Source: Candidatus Poribacteria bacterium (GTDB lineage: Bacteria > Poribacteria > WGA-4E > WGA-3G). Taken from it: DNA of 64,000 bases. Numbering within the stretch: position 1 is the stretch's first letter; the number at the start of each line of letters is the position of its first letter. The position numbers were made by a program, and so were the translations under genes. The notes beneath the pieces were generated by a model that ran no database searches, had not been told where the DNA came from, and worked only from the letters and a program-made list of their open reading frames with translations. Where the stretch lies: contig OZ244048.1 in NCBI GenBank assembly GCA_965215265.1, positions 3,776,001 to 3,840,000 of the forward strand. Reading direction: 5' to 3'. Below are positions 1-9,110 of this stretch, in pieces.

Positions 1-131
1 AGGCTCTCTAAGACCCAGACATTGCTGAGCTGCATCGGATAATAATTCGGGGCCGCTGATGAAACGCTACACACAAACATCAACATAAGCATCACCTTTT
101 TCCGCAATACAACTATAAACACTCCGCTCAT
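1..131 (-). CDS. 5' end of a secreted protein running off the window; third paralog of 227..1999 and 2554..3399
   Basis: Not in the ORF track. GGAGG then ATG at 131 gives MSGVFIVVLRKKVMLMLMFVCSVSSAAPNYYPMQLSNVWVLES, matching YYPPAIGNVWVLTS and NYYPSAIGNTWVLES of the neighbours. Confidence 0.85.
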   Translation of the reverse strand, partial: MSGVFIVVLRKKVMLMLMFVCSVSSAAPNYYPMQLSNVWVLES

Positions 132-147
132 CTGTTCCTCCCTCAGT

Positions 148-192
148 AAAAAAATGCCCCGATGCATCGGCAAACCGGTGGCATCGGGGCGT
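148..192 (-). terminator. Probable intrinsic terminator after 227..1999
   Basis: GCCCCGATGC...GCATCGGGGC stem with an A-tract on the left (U-tract on the minus strand). Confidence 0.65.
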
Positions 193-226
193 TCAAAGCA
201 GGACATCCTGCACGCTCAGGTTGTAC

Positions 227-1999
227 CTACTTGAGGATAACCATCTTGCGAGTGGCTGCAAAATCCTGCGTACGAAGCGTATAGAAATACGTTCCGCTTG
301 AGACAGGCTCCCCTATCTCATTTTTGCCATCCCAATATATTGCACGGGAAGTAGTCATGTAAGAACCAGCCGCCTGCCACCCTATATCTAACGTCCGAAC
401 CAAACGGCCCGAGATGTCATAAATCTGAATTGTCACCTCAGCAGCTTCATTCAGTTGATACGGAATCCACGTCTCCGGGTTAAACGGGTTGGGGAAATTT
501 TGTGCCAGAGCCGTCGTCTTGGGCTGTAAATCGCCGACGCGTAATTGTACGTTCAGATAGGCGTTCCGTATATCGGTTGTGGACACTGTCCGCTGGAAGG
601 GGCCGGAGACAATGTTACCATGTTCATCGTAGAGCGTAACCTCCAGTTTATCACCGGCTTCAACAACACTCTTCCGGTTTAAATCTGCCCATGCCGCAGA
701 GACATCCTTCACATCACTGTTAACTCTTTCAGTGGCAACGGCACCTGTACGTAGATTTTCGGCAACAACAACGTACGATGTACCAGCTACCATCTCCTGC
801 AAATCACTCGTGAGAACAAATGCCCACGTGGTTTTAACCGTCGAAACAGCAGGCGCTGCAGCATCTGATTCGGCAGATTCGGAAGGCGATGCTATTTGCG
901 TATTCGACCACGCCGAACCCGTGAATGTCACCATGCCGCCCGCTGGCGTATTAACGATATAGCCAAGGTCACCACCGATTGCGAAACCGTCGTCTTCTTC
1001 TGCAACAGAGTAAGCTACGAACGACTTACTGGCTGCATTTAACTTGATGACAACCGTTGAACCCAACATATTTGCAAGCGATTTAGCTGTATAAGGTTCC
1101 GCAGGCATAAGTGGAACGGAAATCAGGTTCAAACCCGATTCCAGCGAAAGCGTAAAACTGGAACTAGCAGGTCGAACAGGCTGTTCTGCCGGTTCCTCTG
1201 TGACGACAGGTGCCTCTTCAGTGGGCTCTTCTATGACAACAGGTTCTTCCACTGCAGGTTCCACCTCCGCTGTAGGTTCTTCTGGGACGGCCACTTCTTC
1301 AGCGAGTTCCTCTGTGACGACAGGCACCTCAGTAGGTGCCTCTTCAATAATATTGAAACTTGTTAATTCATATACAACATTCTGGTCATTTTGATATTTG
1401 ACGGGCCCAACATCCGGTGCCAACCATTGGTAGGCGGTTGAGCGAGTTGTTACAAGGCGCGTCACAACTTTTCGTTTCAGCTCAATCTTGACACAGTTAT
1501 CAAACGTACCTGCCGGGGTTTGAACCGTCTCAACCGCAACAACTTCGGCATTGGTGGTACTAGTGGTAGCGCCGACTAAAGCGAGCTCTGTCTCTGCGAC
1601 AATTTCCCAGGCAGCGCCGACGGGTAATGCTGTGGGGAAAAAAACCGCTGGCGGAGAAAACACGGCTTCCGCAATGCCGAATGCACCTTCATCTGTAACC
1701 GATTGATGCAGATTAATACCCGCCGCGTCAACAGTCACATAATAGTTGTCGATATCAGATGCGTCTGTGCCGGGTACCTCCGTTTTAATTTTGAGGCGGA
1801 TAATTCCTTCACTAACATCAATGTCTGGTTCTTCAAGTGAATAGCTGCGGAGCTCAAACCCATCGGTACTCGTTAAAACCCATACATTGCCGATAGCTGG
1901 CGGGTAATAAGTCTGTGCTATCGTCGTAAACGTGAAACTACACATAAGGCTTAACACCAGAATCGGCATCAGCCAACGTGCAAATGCAGTATCTTTCAT
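227..1999 (-). CDS. Secreted protein: DUF3108/TapB-like N-domain, Glu/Pro linker, C-terminal FlgD-Ig/secretion-tail domain
   Basis: Signal peptide; VQTPAGTFDNCVK and WLAPDVGPVK motifs; EEP repeats; NFPNPFNPETWIPYQL...WDGKNEIGEPVSSGTYFY tail. Confidence 0.8.
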   Translation of the reverse strand: MKDTAFARWLMPILVLSLMCSFTFTTIAQTYYPPAIGNVWVLTSTDGFELRSYSLEEPDIDVSEGIIRLKIKTEVPGTDASDIDNYYVTVDAAGINLHQSVTDEGAFGIAEAVFSPPAVFFPTALPVGAAWEIVAETELALVGATTSTTNAEVVAVETVQTPAGTFDNCVKIELKRKVVTRLVTTRSTAYQWLAPDVGPVKYQNDQNVVYELTSFNIIEEAPTEVPVVTEELAEEVAVPEEPTAEVEPAVEEPVVIEEPTEEAPVVTEEPAEQPVRPASSSFTLSLESGLNLISVPLMPAEPYTAKSLANMLGSTVVIKLNAASKSFVAYSVAEEDDGFAIGGDLGYIVNTPAGGMVTFTGSAWSNTQIASPSESAESDAAAPAVSTVKTTWAFVLTSDLQEMVAGTSYVVVAENLRTGAVATERVNSDVKDVSAAWADLNRKSVVEAGDKLEVTLYDEHGNIVSGPFQRTVSTTDIRNAYLNVQLRVGDLQPKTTALAQNFPNPFNPETWIPYQLNEAAEVTIQIYDISGRLVRTLDIGWQAAGSYMTTSRAIYWDGKNEIGEPVSSGTYFYTLRTQDFAATRKMVILK

Positions 2000-2081
2000 A
2001 TTTCAAATCTCCTTTTAAAAAATCAACGTGAGAATAGGACGCAAACCTATTTGCACCTATACTTTTTCCTGTCGAAGCAAT

Positions 2082-2255
2082 CTAACGTCCACCTACACCC
2101 ATTGGCAACCGCACCTGATTGTGATAGGGTGCTATCCAGCCTTGCGGAGAGATATCGTCCTGCTCCCGCACGTAACGATACCCAAACCACATGCCTATAA
2201 CGGTTAGCAAAATAACGATGATGATAACAACTAATGCTACTTTCCAAGTTACCAT
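2082..2255 (-). CDS. Small single-pass membrane protein (57 aa)
   Basis: Likely start MVTWKVALVVIIIVILLTVIGMWFGY inside the 120-aa ORF; one strong TM helix. Confidence 0.5.
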   Translation of the reverse strand: MVTWKVALVVIIIVILLTVIGMWFGYRYVREQDDISPQGWIAPYHNQVRLPMGVGGR

Positions 2256-2553
2256 AGTGTTCTTTTCCAGAACTCGTCTGATAATTGATGCACTATACAG
2301 TTTAGCCTCCGACACATCTGATGCAATTTCGCCCATCGTCTTTGACGTTAACTTCAATAGCGCATTAACTTTTTGAGAGTATTGCCTTATAGTATAGATG
2401 TCCGCATAACGAAACAAGACTACGATATTGGAGCCTGTTTTCATAGCGGTTCATAGGCTCCCAAAAATGTATGCCTTCCCACAATTGTTTGTTCTATCTT
2501 TATCTAAATACTCTCTTTTTTTATTATACATGATGTATTTTCTATTTTCAAGA

Positions 2554-3399
2554 TTAATTTCCAAAATCCTTGGCAACGAGTACTAAATCCAGAATGTTGA
2601 CAGTGCCATCAGCATTAACATCAGCAGCCGCATCGTTCCCCTCGAACCGGGAAGCTACGAACACTAAATCCAAGATGTCAACCACACCATCACCCGTCAC
2701 GTCAGACCGCGGCACTTCTTCTTCCTCTTTCAGTAGATTAGAATTCACCAGTTCAAACACAATTCCATCGCTGTTTTCATATTTCACGGGGCCCACATCA
2801 GGTGCTAACCACTGATAGGAAGTGGCATCGAGCCTTAGAAACGGAGAGCTCACACGCTGCGCCAACGCAACCTTGACACATGCCTCAAATATTCCCACCG
2901 GGGTTTCAACATCCTCAACAGCAATGACTTCTACATCGGTGGTGCTGGTAACCAAAATCTCTCTTCCCGGCAGTAGTTCTGTCAACCTTATCTCAGCCAC
3001 TATCTTCCACATATCTCCTACCGTCAAAAGCAGTGGGAAGAAAGTGGCCGGTGGAGAAAATTTTGCTGGAACAATTCCTAAAACGCCTTCGTCAAACACA
3101 GTTTGATGCAATAGGAGCTCTTCGTCCGTAAGACTCACAAAATACTGGTCAATGTCAACCGAGTCTAACTCCGGGCCCTCATTTTTAATTTCCAGAAGCG
3201 TGAGCTCTTCACCATCAATAATCTCGGTTCTCTCAACGGTATAGGTACGCCGGTTTTCACCATCCGCACTCTCTAAAACCCACGTATTACCGATAGCTGA
3301 AGGATAATAATTTTGTCCGGCGGCTGTCCATACGAAGCCGCACATAAAAATAACTGTTAGCGAAAATATAAAGCGGGTATTCCTCATAATATAATTCAA
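2554..3399 (-). CDS. Secreted DUF3108/TapB-like protein with C-terminal dockerin-type domain
   Basis: Paralog of 227..1999; duplicated DVTGDGVVDILDLV / DVNADGTVNILDLV Ca-binding repeats. Confidence 0.8.
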   Translation of the reverse strand: MNYIMRNTRFIFSLTVIFMCGFVWTAAGQNYYPSAIGNTWVLESADGENRRTYTVERTEIIDGEELTLLEIKNEGPELDSVDIDQYFVSLTDEELLLHQTVFDEGVLGIVPAKFSPPATFFPLLLTVGDMWKIVAEIRLTELLPGREILVTSTTDVEVIAVEDVETPVGIFEACVKVALAQRVSSPFLRLDATSYQWLAPDVGPVKYENSDGIVFELVNSNLLKEEEEVPRSDVTGDGVVDILDLVFVASRFEGNDAAADVNADGTVNILDLVLVAKDFGN

Positions 3400-3604
3400 T
3401 CCTCGTTTGACTTCCTGTCTACTGAGAGCTGATGCATTACATTACCAGCATCGGATATGAATACCAAACCCCGTCTCACCCAAGCAGTAGACAAAAAACT
3501 TGATTTTTTCCAGACTCCGTGTCATAATAAGCATATTTTACCACAATTATTGTAGATTTTCAATAAAAAACGTACGGAATTCAATGTCTATAGGAGAAAC
3601 ATAA

Positions 3605-4336
3605 ATGCGATTGAAAGGACGCGTAGCAATTGTGACAGGCGGGGGCGGCGGAATTGGAAAAGCCACCTGCCTCACCTTCGCACGTGAAGGCGCGCATATT
3701 GTCATTCCCGAAGTCAATCTCGCAAACGCGGAGGCAGTCGCTGCTGAAATTGCTGCCCTCGGTCGGCAATGCAGCGTTATTGAAACCGACGTATCCGATG
3801 GCAGATCCGTCCGCGCAATGGTTCAGCAAACGCTCAGCACTTTTGAGCGCATCGATATCCTAGTTAACAATGCCGGCATTTTCAGTTACACCCGTATAGA
3901 TGAATGCACCGAAGAAGAGTGGGACCGGATGATGGCTGTTAATCTCAAGGGACCGTTTCTCTGTTCACAAGCCGTCATGGAGACTATGAAGACACAACGG
4001 TTCGGGCGAATCATCAACCTCGGTTCTTTGGCGGGACAAGTCGGCGGCATTGTCGCCTCCGCCCCTTACTCCGCATCAAAAGCCGGCGTGATGTGCCTCA
4101 CCAAATCCCTCGCTCGTATTTTAGGCGAATACGGGGTTACAGTCAACTCTATCGCACCGGGAGTCGCCGCCACAGAAATGGCGAAAAATCATCCCGATAT
4201 GACTGATCAGATTCCTCTCGGACGTGTCGCTAATGCCGCTGAAATCGCAAGTACCATTCTCTTTCTCGCCTCCCAGGACGGTTGTTACGTCACCGGGGCA
4301 ACACTTGATGTCAACGGCGGGATACGGATGGCATAG
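3605..4336 (+). CDS. Short-chain dehydrogenase/reductase (FabG-like)
   Basis: TGGGGGIG, NNAG, YSASK motifs; GGAG RBS. Confidence 0.9.
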   Translation: MRLKGRVAIVTGGGGGIGKATCLTFAREGAHIVIPEVNLANAEAVAAEIAALGRQCSVIETDVSDGRSVRAMVQQTLSTFERIDILVNNAGIFSYTRIDECTEEEWDRMMAVNLKGPFLCSQAVMETMKTQRFGRIINLGSLAGQVGGIVASAPYSASKAGVMCLTKSLARILGEYGVTVNSIAPGVAATEMAKNHPDMTDQIPLGRVANAAEIASTILFLASQDGCYVTGATLDVNGGIRMA

Positions 4337-4359
4337 AAATTATCTGAAAGGAGAAATCC

Positions 4360-5376
4360 ATGCAATACAGAACACTCGGACGCGCCGGTGTCAAAGTTTC
4401 ACAACTCTGCCTCGGCACCATGATGTTTGGCGGCCCAACGAACGAAAAGAATTCAATTCGCATTATCCATCGCGCAATGGATGCCGGTATTAATTTTTTA
4501 GATACTGCAAACGTCTACAACGCCGGCGAATCAGAACGAATTATCGGAAAAGCCGTTCGGACAAACAGAAAAAAATGGGTGATTGCTACAAAGGTACACG
4601 GTTCAATGGGCGACGATGTCAACGAGAACGGCTCACACCGTTTCCATATCATGTCCGAAGTCGAAGCAAGCCTTAAACGCCTCGGCACAGACCATATCGA
4701 CGTGTATTACCTCCACCGATGGGATGCCACTACACAGATTCAGGAATCCCTGCGTGCTCTGGACGATTGTGTCCGGCAAGGTAAAGTTCGCTACATCGCC
4801 TGCTCCAACTTTCAAGCGTGGCGCATCTGCGAGGCATTATGCACAAGCGAAAAATTCGGACTAGAAGAGTTTGTATGTGTCCAACCCCTCTATAATATTG
4901 TCAATCGTGATATTGAAGTGGAACTGCTGCCCTTCTGTCAAAAATACGGAGTCGGTGTCGTTCCGTATAGTCCACTCGCACGTGGCGTACTATCCGGAAA
5001 GTATAGATCGGGACAAGAGTCTCCCGCAGGCTCCAGGGCAGCTCGACAGGATAGGCGAATTTTACAAACCGAACTCCGCGAACAGAGTTATGAAGTCGCA
5101 CAACAACTCAAACCGTTGGCAGACGCACACGGGAAAACACTAACCCAATTTGCACTCGCATGGGTACTGGCGAACCCTATTATCACTTCTGTTATCATAG
5201 GACCCCGCACGATGGAACAGTTGAAAGATAACTTGGGCTGTCTGGATTGCACCATAACCGAGAACGATGAAAACGCCATTAATCAGTTGGTACCGCCCGG
5301 TGAACACACCGGTGAAGGCTACAATGACCCGGCGTATCCTGTACTTGGAAGGACGGTACACAGTCAGCCTATTTAA
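4360..5376 (+). CDS. Aldo/keto reductase
   Basis: LCLGTMMFG, DTANVY, SLKRLGTDHIDVYYLH, YSPLARG. Confidence 0.92.
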   Translation: MQYRTLGRAGVKVSQLCLGTMMFGGPTNEKNSIRIIHRAMDAGINFLDTANVYNAGESERIIGKAVRTNRKKWVIATKVHGSMGDDVNENGSHRFHIMSEVEASLKRLGTDHIDVYYLHRWDATTQIQESLRALDDCVRQGKVRYIACSNFQAWRICEALCTSEKFGLEEFVCVQPLYNIVNRDIEVELLPFCQKYGVGVVPYSPLARGVLSGKYRSGQESPAGSRAARQDRRILQTELREQSYEVAQQLKPLADAHGKTLTQFALAWVLANPIITSVIIGPRTMEQLKDNLGCLDCTITENDENAINQLVPPGEHTGEGYNDPAYPVLGRTVHSQPI

Positions 5377-5436
5377 AAACGCATTCGTGCACATAAGGCT
5401 ACCGTCAGTTTTACACTATCCGTTTTTCGCGAAGCC

Positions 5437-6312
5437 TTACTTCACGAATGACGAAATTCTGTCAAATAGTGGCGAACCCTCGTTGACTAAGAAGAAATTG
5501 CGACCGCACGTCTCTGAGATGTGGGAGCAACGTCTGAGCGAATGTTTTCTAATCTCATAAAGACTGTACCCTAATGATGCCAGATACTGCTCTATCTTTT
5601 CAAAAGTGTCACTATTCATTTCTCCGACATCTCTCAATTCCGCCATCACGAGGGGTCTGTCTGTTTTCAAGTAGTGTTCACCGCCACGTAGCACCTCCAA
5701 CTGATAGCCTTCAACATCAATTTTGATGAAATTCGGGAGCGGTAGCTTCGGCACGAGGCGATCTATGGTATCCAACTCTATCGATTCCGAGCTGCCTGGT
5801 TCCTTCATATATTTTAATGAGGCGGTGCCTTCAGCAAGCACCGCATCTGAATAGTACAGAAGCCGCTGCTCCTTTCTGTCACCCATCGCCTTGTTGACAA
5901 CGGTGACGTTTAAGAATTGATTCAGAAAGACGTTTTCACGCAGGTATCCACAAGTCTGAGCAGCAGGCTCAAACGCCACAACTGCCCCACTATTCCCAAT
6001 GCAGCTCGCAAACAGACAGGTATAAAACCCAATGTTCGCCCCAATATCCCAGCAGACATCCCCCGGTTTGAGTATTCGCCTCAGTTTACCGATTGCATAC
6101 CGTTCGTCATGGGTACCGTAAAAATAGAGATATTGGTGCTCCGGATTCGCTAAGTTCGCCTTTAACTGAAAAGAATACTTGGTTTTGAAAACGACAGATT
6201 TTTCCTGCGGCATAATCCAATTTCTCGTCAACGCTAACAGATGACGTTTCCCATCAGTGACGGGGCACCGGCGAAGGTAGCCTCGCACCATCCAACTCAG
6301 ATAACGCCTCAT
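5437..6312 (-). CDS. FkbM family methyltransferase
   Basis: WDIGANIG, AFEP, KIDVEG; ATGA overlap with the upstream gene places the start at 6312. Confidence 0.88.
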   Translation of the reverse strand: MRRYLSWMVRGYLRRCPVTDGKRHLLALTRNWIMPQEKSVVFKTKYSFQLKANLANPEHQYLYFYGTHDERYAIGKLRRILKPGDVCWDIGANIGFYTCLFASCIGNSGAVVAFEPAAQTCGYLRENVFLNQFLNVTVVNKAMGDRKEQRLLYYSDAVLAEGTASLKYMKEPGSSESIELDTIDRLVPKLPLPNFIKIDVEGYQLEVLRGGEHYLKTDRPLVMAELRDVGEMNSDTFEKIEQYLASLGYSLYEIRKHSLRRCSHISETCGRNFFLVNEGSPLFDRISSFVK

Positions 6313-7127
6313 CCCCACGTCTCAAGCCCCAACAACTTTTTGCCGAGTTCCGTTAGATACGCTGTTTCACCTAATTCATGCTCCTTTTCAGTCCGTTCAC
6401 CGCCAAAACCAGCCATCCGATTTTTCCATGCATTGATGCGGCGCTCCCTAGCATCTGGATTCTTCTCGCCGGTCGGCGACATAGAGATGTATTGCACCAC
6501 CCTCGGCACATCCGCCGTGTTGATACCCGCACTATGCGGCAACGCACTGTGCCAGATAACGAGCTCGCCTGCTTTCCCTGCTACAGGCACTGCACCTAAC
6601 GCCTCTAAATCTTGCTGGCGCGGATCCGCATCATCTGGAAGGTTTTTTAGCCATTCCTCAATTTTGCGATGGAACCCCGGCACACACGTAAACGCGCCTT
6701 GATTGGCATCAGTATCTGTCAGATACAGCACCCCTTGAACGTGGAATCGGAACGGGACCTCAATTGACGTGTCCCAATGCAACCCGAGATTGTTCCGTTC
6801 AAATTTGCCTGTTACATTCGGCGGACTCATGCTCGCCCTGTCGAAACTCACCCACAGTTTCTCAGTACCCCAAATCTCAGCGAACGCTTGGTGAACGCGC
6901 GGAAATTGGCGCGTCGCCCACAATGCCGGATGCTGGTATATTTCTACCATGATACTTTTGCGAGGAGGGTCCGGATACCAACTCGCTGGAGAATCCGCAT
7001 CCATTTCAAGGAAATCCCAGACTGCTTTCTCGGCGGCTCCAACAAGGTCCGACGGCACAGCATCCGGAATAACGACATAACCGTTCTCTTCCCAAAAATC
7101 GCGCGCTTCTGAATTCAATACAGGCAT
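6309..7127 (-). CDS. Phytanoyl-CoA dioxygenase (PhyH) family Fe(II)/2OG enzyme
   Basis: ENGYVVI, LHWD, VPGFH, LPHSA. Confidence 0.88.
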   Translation of the reverse strand: MPVLNSEARDFWEENGYVVIPDAVPSDLVGAAEKAVWDFLEMDADSPASWYPDPPRKSIMVEIYQHPALWATRQFPRVHQAFAEIWGTEKLWVSFDRASMSPPNVTGKFERNNLGLHWDTSIEVPFRFHVQGVLYLTDTDANQGAFTCVPGFHRKIEEWLKNLPDDADPRQQDLEALGAVPVAGKAGELVIWHSALPHSAGINTADVPRVVQYISMSPTGEKNPDARERRINAWKNRMAGFGGERTEKEHELGETAYLTELGKKLLGLETWG

Positions 7128-7148
7128 TTTTGCCTCCTTCTAACTATC

Positions 7149-7610
7149 CTAAAAAGTCAAACGGCGTAAAAAAGCAGAGAGAAAGATAACTATTAAACCG
7201 AAAATTATTATGAGGTTCAGCCACCGTGAAGGCTTCTTTTGGAAAACGCTAAATACCGGATATGGAAACGTTAGAACAATTGCAACCGTAAATATCAGAA
7301 ATACGATAAAAAGTTTGATACCTAAAATGAGGATGTAAACTGAGTAATTTGAAACGGTAGGATGTGTAGTAGCCACTTTCCGTGTTTCCCACAGGAAGGT
7401 GATGAAGTTGTACAATCCCGATACTAAAACGGTTGAAAGCGTAGTCCACACAACAGCCCTGAAGCGCCTTAGGGCAGCTGAAATAAAACTCCCCGGACAA
7501 GGGAAACGGTTGGCAACCGGAATCAGAACAACGCGAAAAAAGAAGAAGCCCCCTATCATCAAAACTACTGAACCGACATGTAACCACTGCATCAACGGTT
7601 TTAGGAACAT
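7149..7610 (-). CDS. Four-TM membrane protein, CopD/DUF4149-like
   Basis: WLHVGSVVLMIGG, SGLYN and GIK pattern; likely start MFLKP at 7610. Confidence 0.6.
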   Translation of the reverse strand: MFLKPLMQWLHVGSVVLMIGGFFFFRVVLIPVANRFPCPGSFISAALRRFRAVVWTTLSTVLVSGLYNFITFLWETRKVATTHPTVSNYSVYILILGIKLFIVFLIFTVAIVLTFPYPVFSVFQKKPSRWLNLIIIFGLIVIFLSAFLRRLTF

Positions 7611-7650
7611 AATTTTCTCGATACGAACCGCCGTAGAACTAGCCAAGCGA

Positions 7651-7688
7651 GAAAAAGGCGGATACAGTTCATATCCCCGTATCCGCCT
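7651..7688 (-). terminator. Intrinsic terminator-like hairpin after the small Cys-rich gene
   Basis: AGGCGGATAC...GTATCCGCCT perfect 10-bp stem followed by a T-run on the minus strand. Confidence 0.6.
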
Positions 7689-7694
7689 AACAGT

Positions 7695-7934
7695 CTACAC
7701 AACAGGTTTGCCGCCAATCGGATTGAAACAAGAACGAAATTGCTTGCAGACATCCGGTGAAACAAAATCGTCATCCGGACCGATCGCCTGCATTGTGCAA
7801 TTGCACCAATAGTGCGATTCCGGATTATTTTCAACCAAGTTCTGTACGTTTCCGCCAGGAATGTAAATCGCCTTCGTCCGGAGATACTGACATATCGGAC
7901 GGTTGAAAAGGGGCAATGTCTTTGCTTGTACCAT
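7695..7934 (-). CDS. Small Cys-rich hypothetical protein (79 aa) at the end of the molybdoenzyme operon
   Basis: AAGGAG RBS before ATG 7934; CxxLRTK...YWCNCT...GPDD...C..R.CF. Confidence 0.7.
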   Translation of the reverse strand: MVQAKTLPLFNRPICQYLRTKAIYIPGGNVQNLVENNPESHYWCNCTMQAIGPDDDFVSPDVCKQFRSCFNPIGGKPVV

Positions 7935-8026
7935 GTTTTTCTCCTTTTTGCTTCTGGAAGCACTCAAGCTATTTCGCATGAAACTCCCAATGCCCATTTA
8001 ATCAGAGTTGTTTGACTCGATCGCAT

Positions 8027-9007
8027 CTAACTTGCAGCCATCATCGCAGCACGACCGATCAGATTCTGAGTTAGCAACACCTTATACTCGTTGTCGTTCA
8101 AAGGTTGGGCATCCTTGACAGCATCTGCCCCGGCTTGTCGGCTTACAGAATCGTTAATCATTTTACCTGTCAAGGCGGCTTCTGCTTCCGCAGAACGCCA
8201 CGGCGCAGGCGCAACACCCCCCAAAACAACGCTCGCGTGCTCGCACGTCTGACCTGACATTTCAAATACACCGGCAACACTTGCCAAAGCAAAATCGAGG
8301 GAGCCTTTTTCGCGCGCTTTCAGATAAAAACTCTTCGTGTTCGGTTTTGGAGCCGGTACCTCTACCTCAACAACGATTTCATTAGGTTCCAAAACGTTCT
8401 CACGAAACGGATTCGCTGCAGGAAGCGTAAAGAACTCTTCCACTGCCATCGTTTTCCCACCTTCAGGGCCAACAATCTTCAACGTCGCACCCAACGCAAT
8501 TAACGCCGGAGCAAGATCCGAAGGATGCACGATATACACTGGATCTCCACCGAGAATTGCATGGTACTTGTTCAACCCCTCAACAGCGTAGCAGAGGTCT
8601 CCGCCCTTCTTGAGACAATTCACTGTCTCATCACGGTAATACCAACAACGCGGGCGTTGGCAAAGATTACCCCCTAGCGTCCCGACGTTCCGTATCTGCG
8701 GTGTCGCTACAGAAATCGCCGCTTGTGCAAGCACCGTGTAGTGCTGCTGAATCGTAGGATGCATCGCAATATCAGCGACAGTCGCTAACGCGCCTATTTT
8801 CAAACCTGAGGCATCCGCTGAAATCTCATCCATACCAGGTAACGTCTTGAGGTTAACCAACGTCTTCGGGGTTTGAATGTACTCTTTCAGTTCAGTAAGC
8901 AGATCTGTCCCGCCCGCGATAACCATTACCTCACCCCAACCGCTGTCATTCAACAACGACGTAACCTGTTTGAGACTGGTCGCATTAACGTAAGTAAATT
9001 TTTCCAT
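8027..9007 (-). CDS. paoB: Xanthine dehydrogenase family FAD subunit with 4Fe-4S insert (PaoB/YagS-like)
   Basis: IAGGTDL, QIRNVGTLGGNLCQRPRCWYYR...CLKKGG..C. Confidence 0.88.
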   Translation of the reverse strand: MEKFTYVNATSLKQVTSLLNDSGWGEVMVIAGGTDLLTELKEYIQTPKTLVNLKTLPGMDEISADASGLKIGALATVADIAMHPTIQQHYTVLAQAAISVATPQIRNVGTLGGNLCQRPRCWYYRDETVNCLKKGGDLCYAVEGLNKYHAILGGDPVYIVHPSDLAPALIALGATLKIVGPEGGKTMAVEEFFTLPAANPFRENVLEPNEIVVEVEVPAPKPNTKSFYLKAREKGSLDFALASVAGVFEMSGQTCEHASVVLGGVAPAPWRSAEAEAALTGKMINDSVSRQAGADAVKDAQPLNDNEYKVLLTQNLIGRAAMMAAS

Positions 9008-9110
9008 TGACTATCTCCTTTTGCGTAAACGAACAATTCAAGCCGCTGAAGTACTGCACACGAAAAGCACCGTGTTTGAACATCAGCGACAAAATCACTT
9101 TACGCTACAA

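Noticed and set aside
1190-1345. Short DNA repeats within 227..1999
   Set aside because: They encode the Glu/Pro linker and are not a separate element
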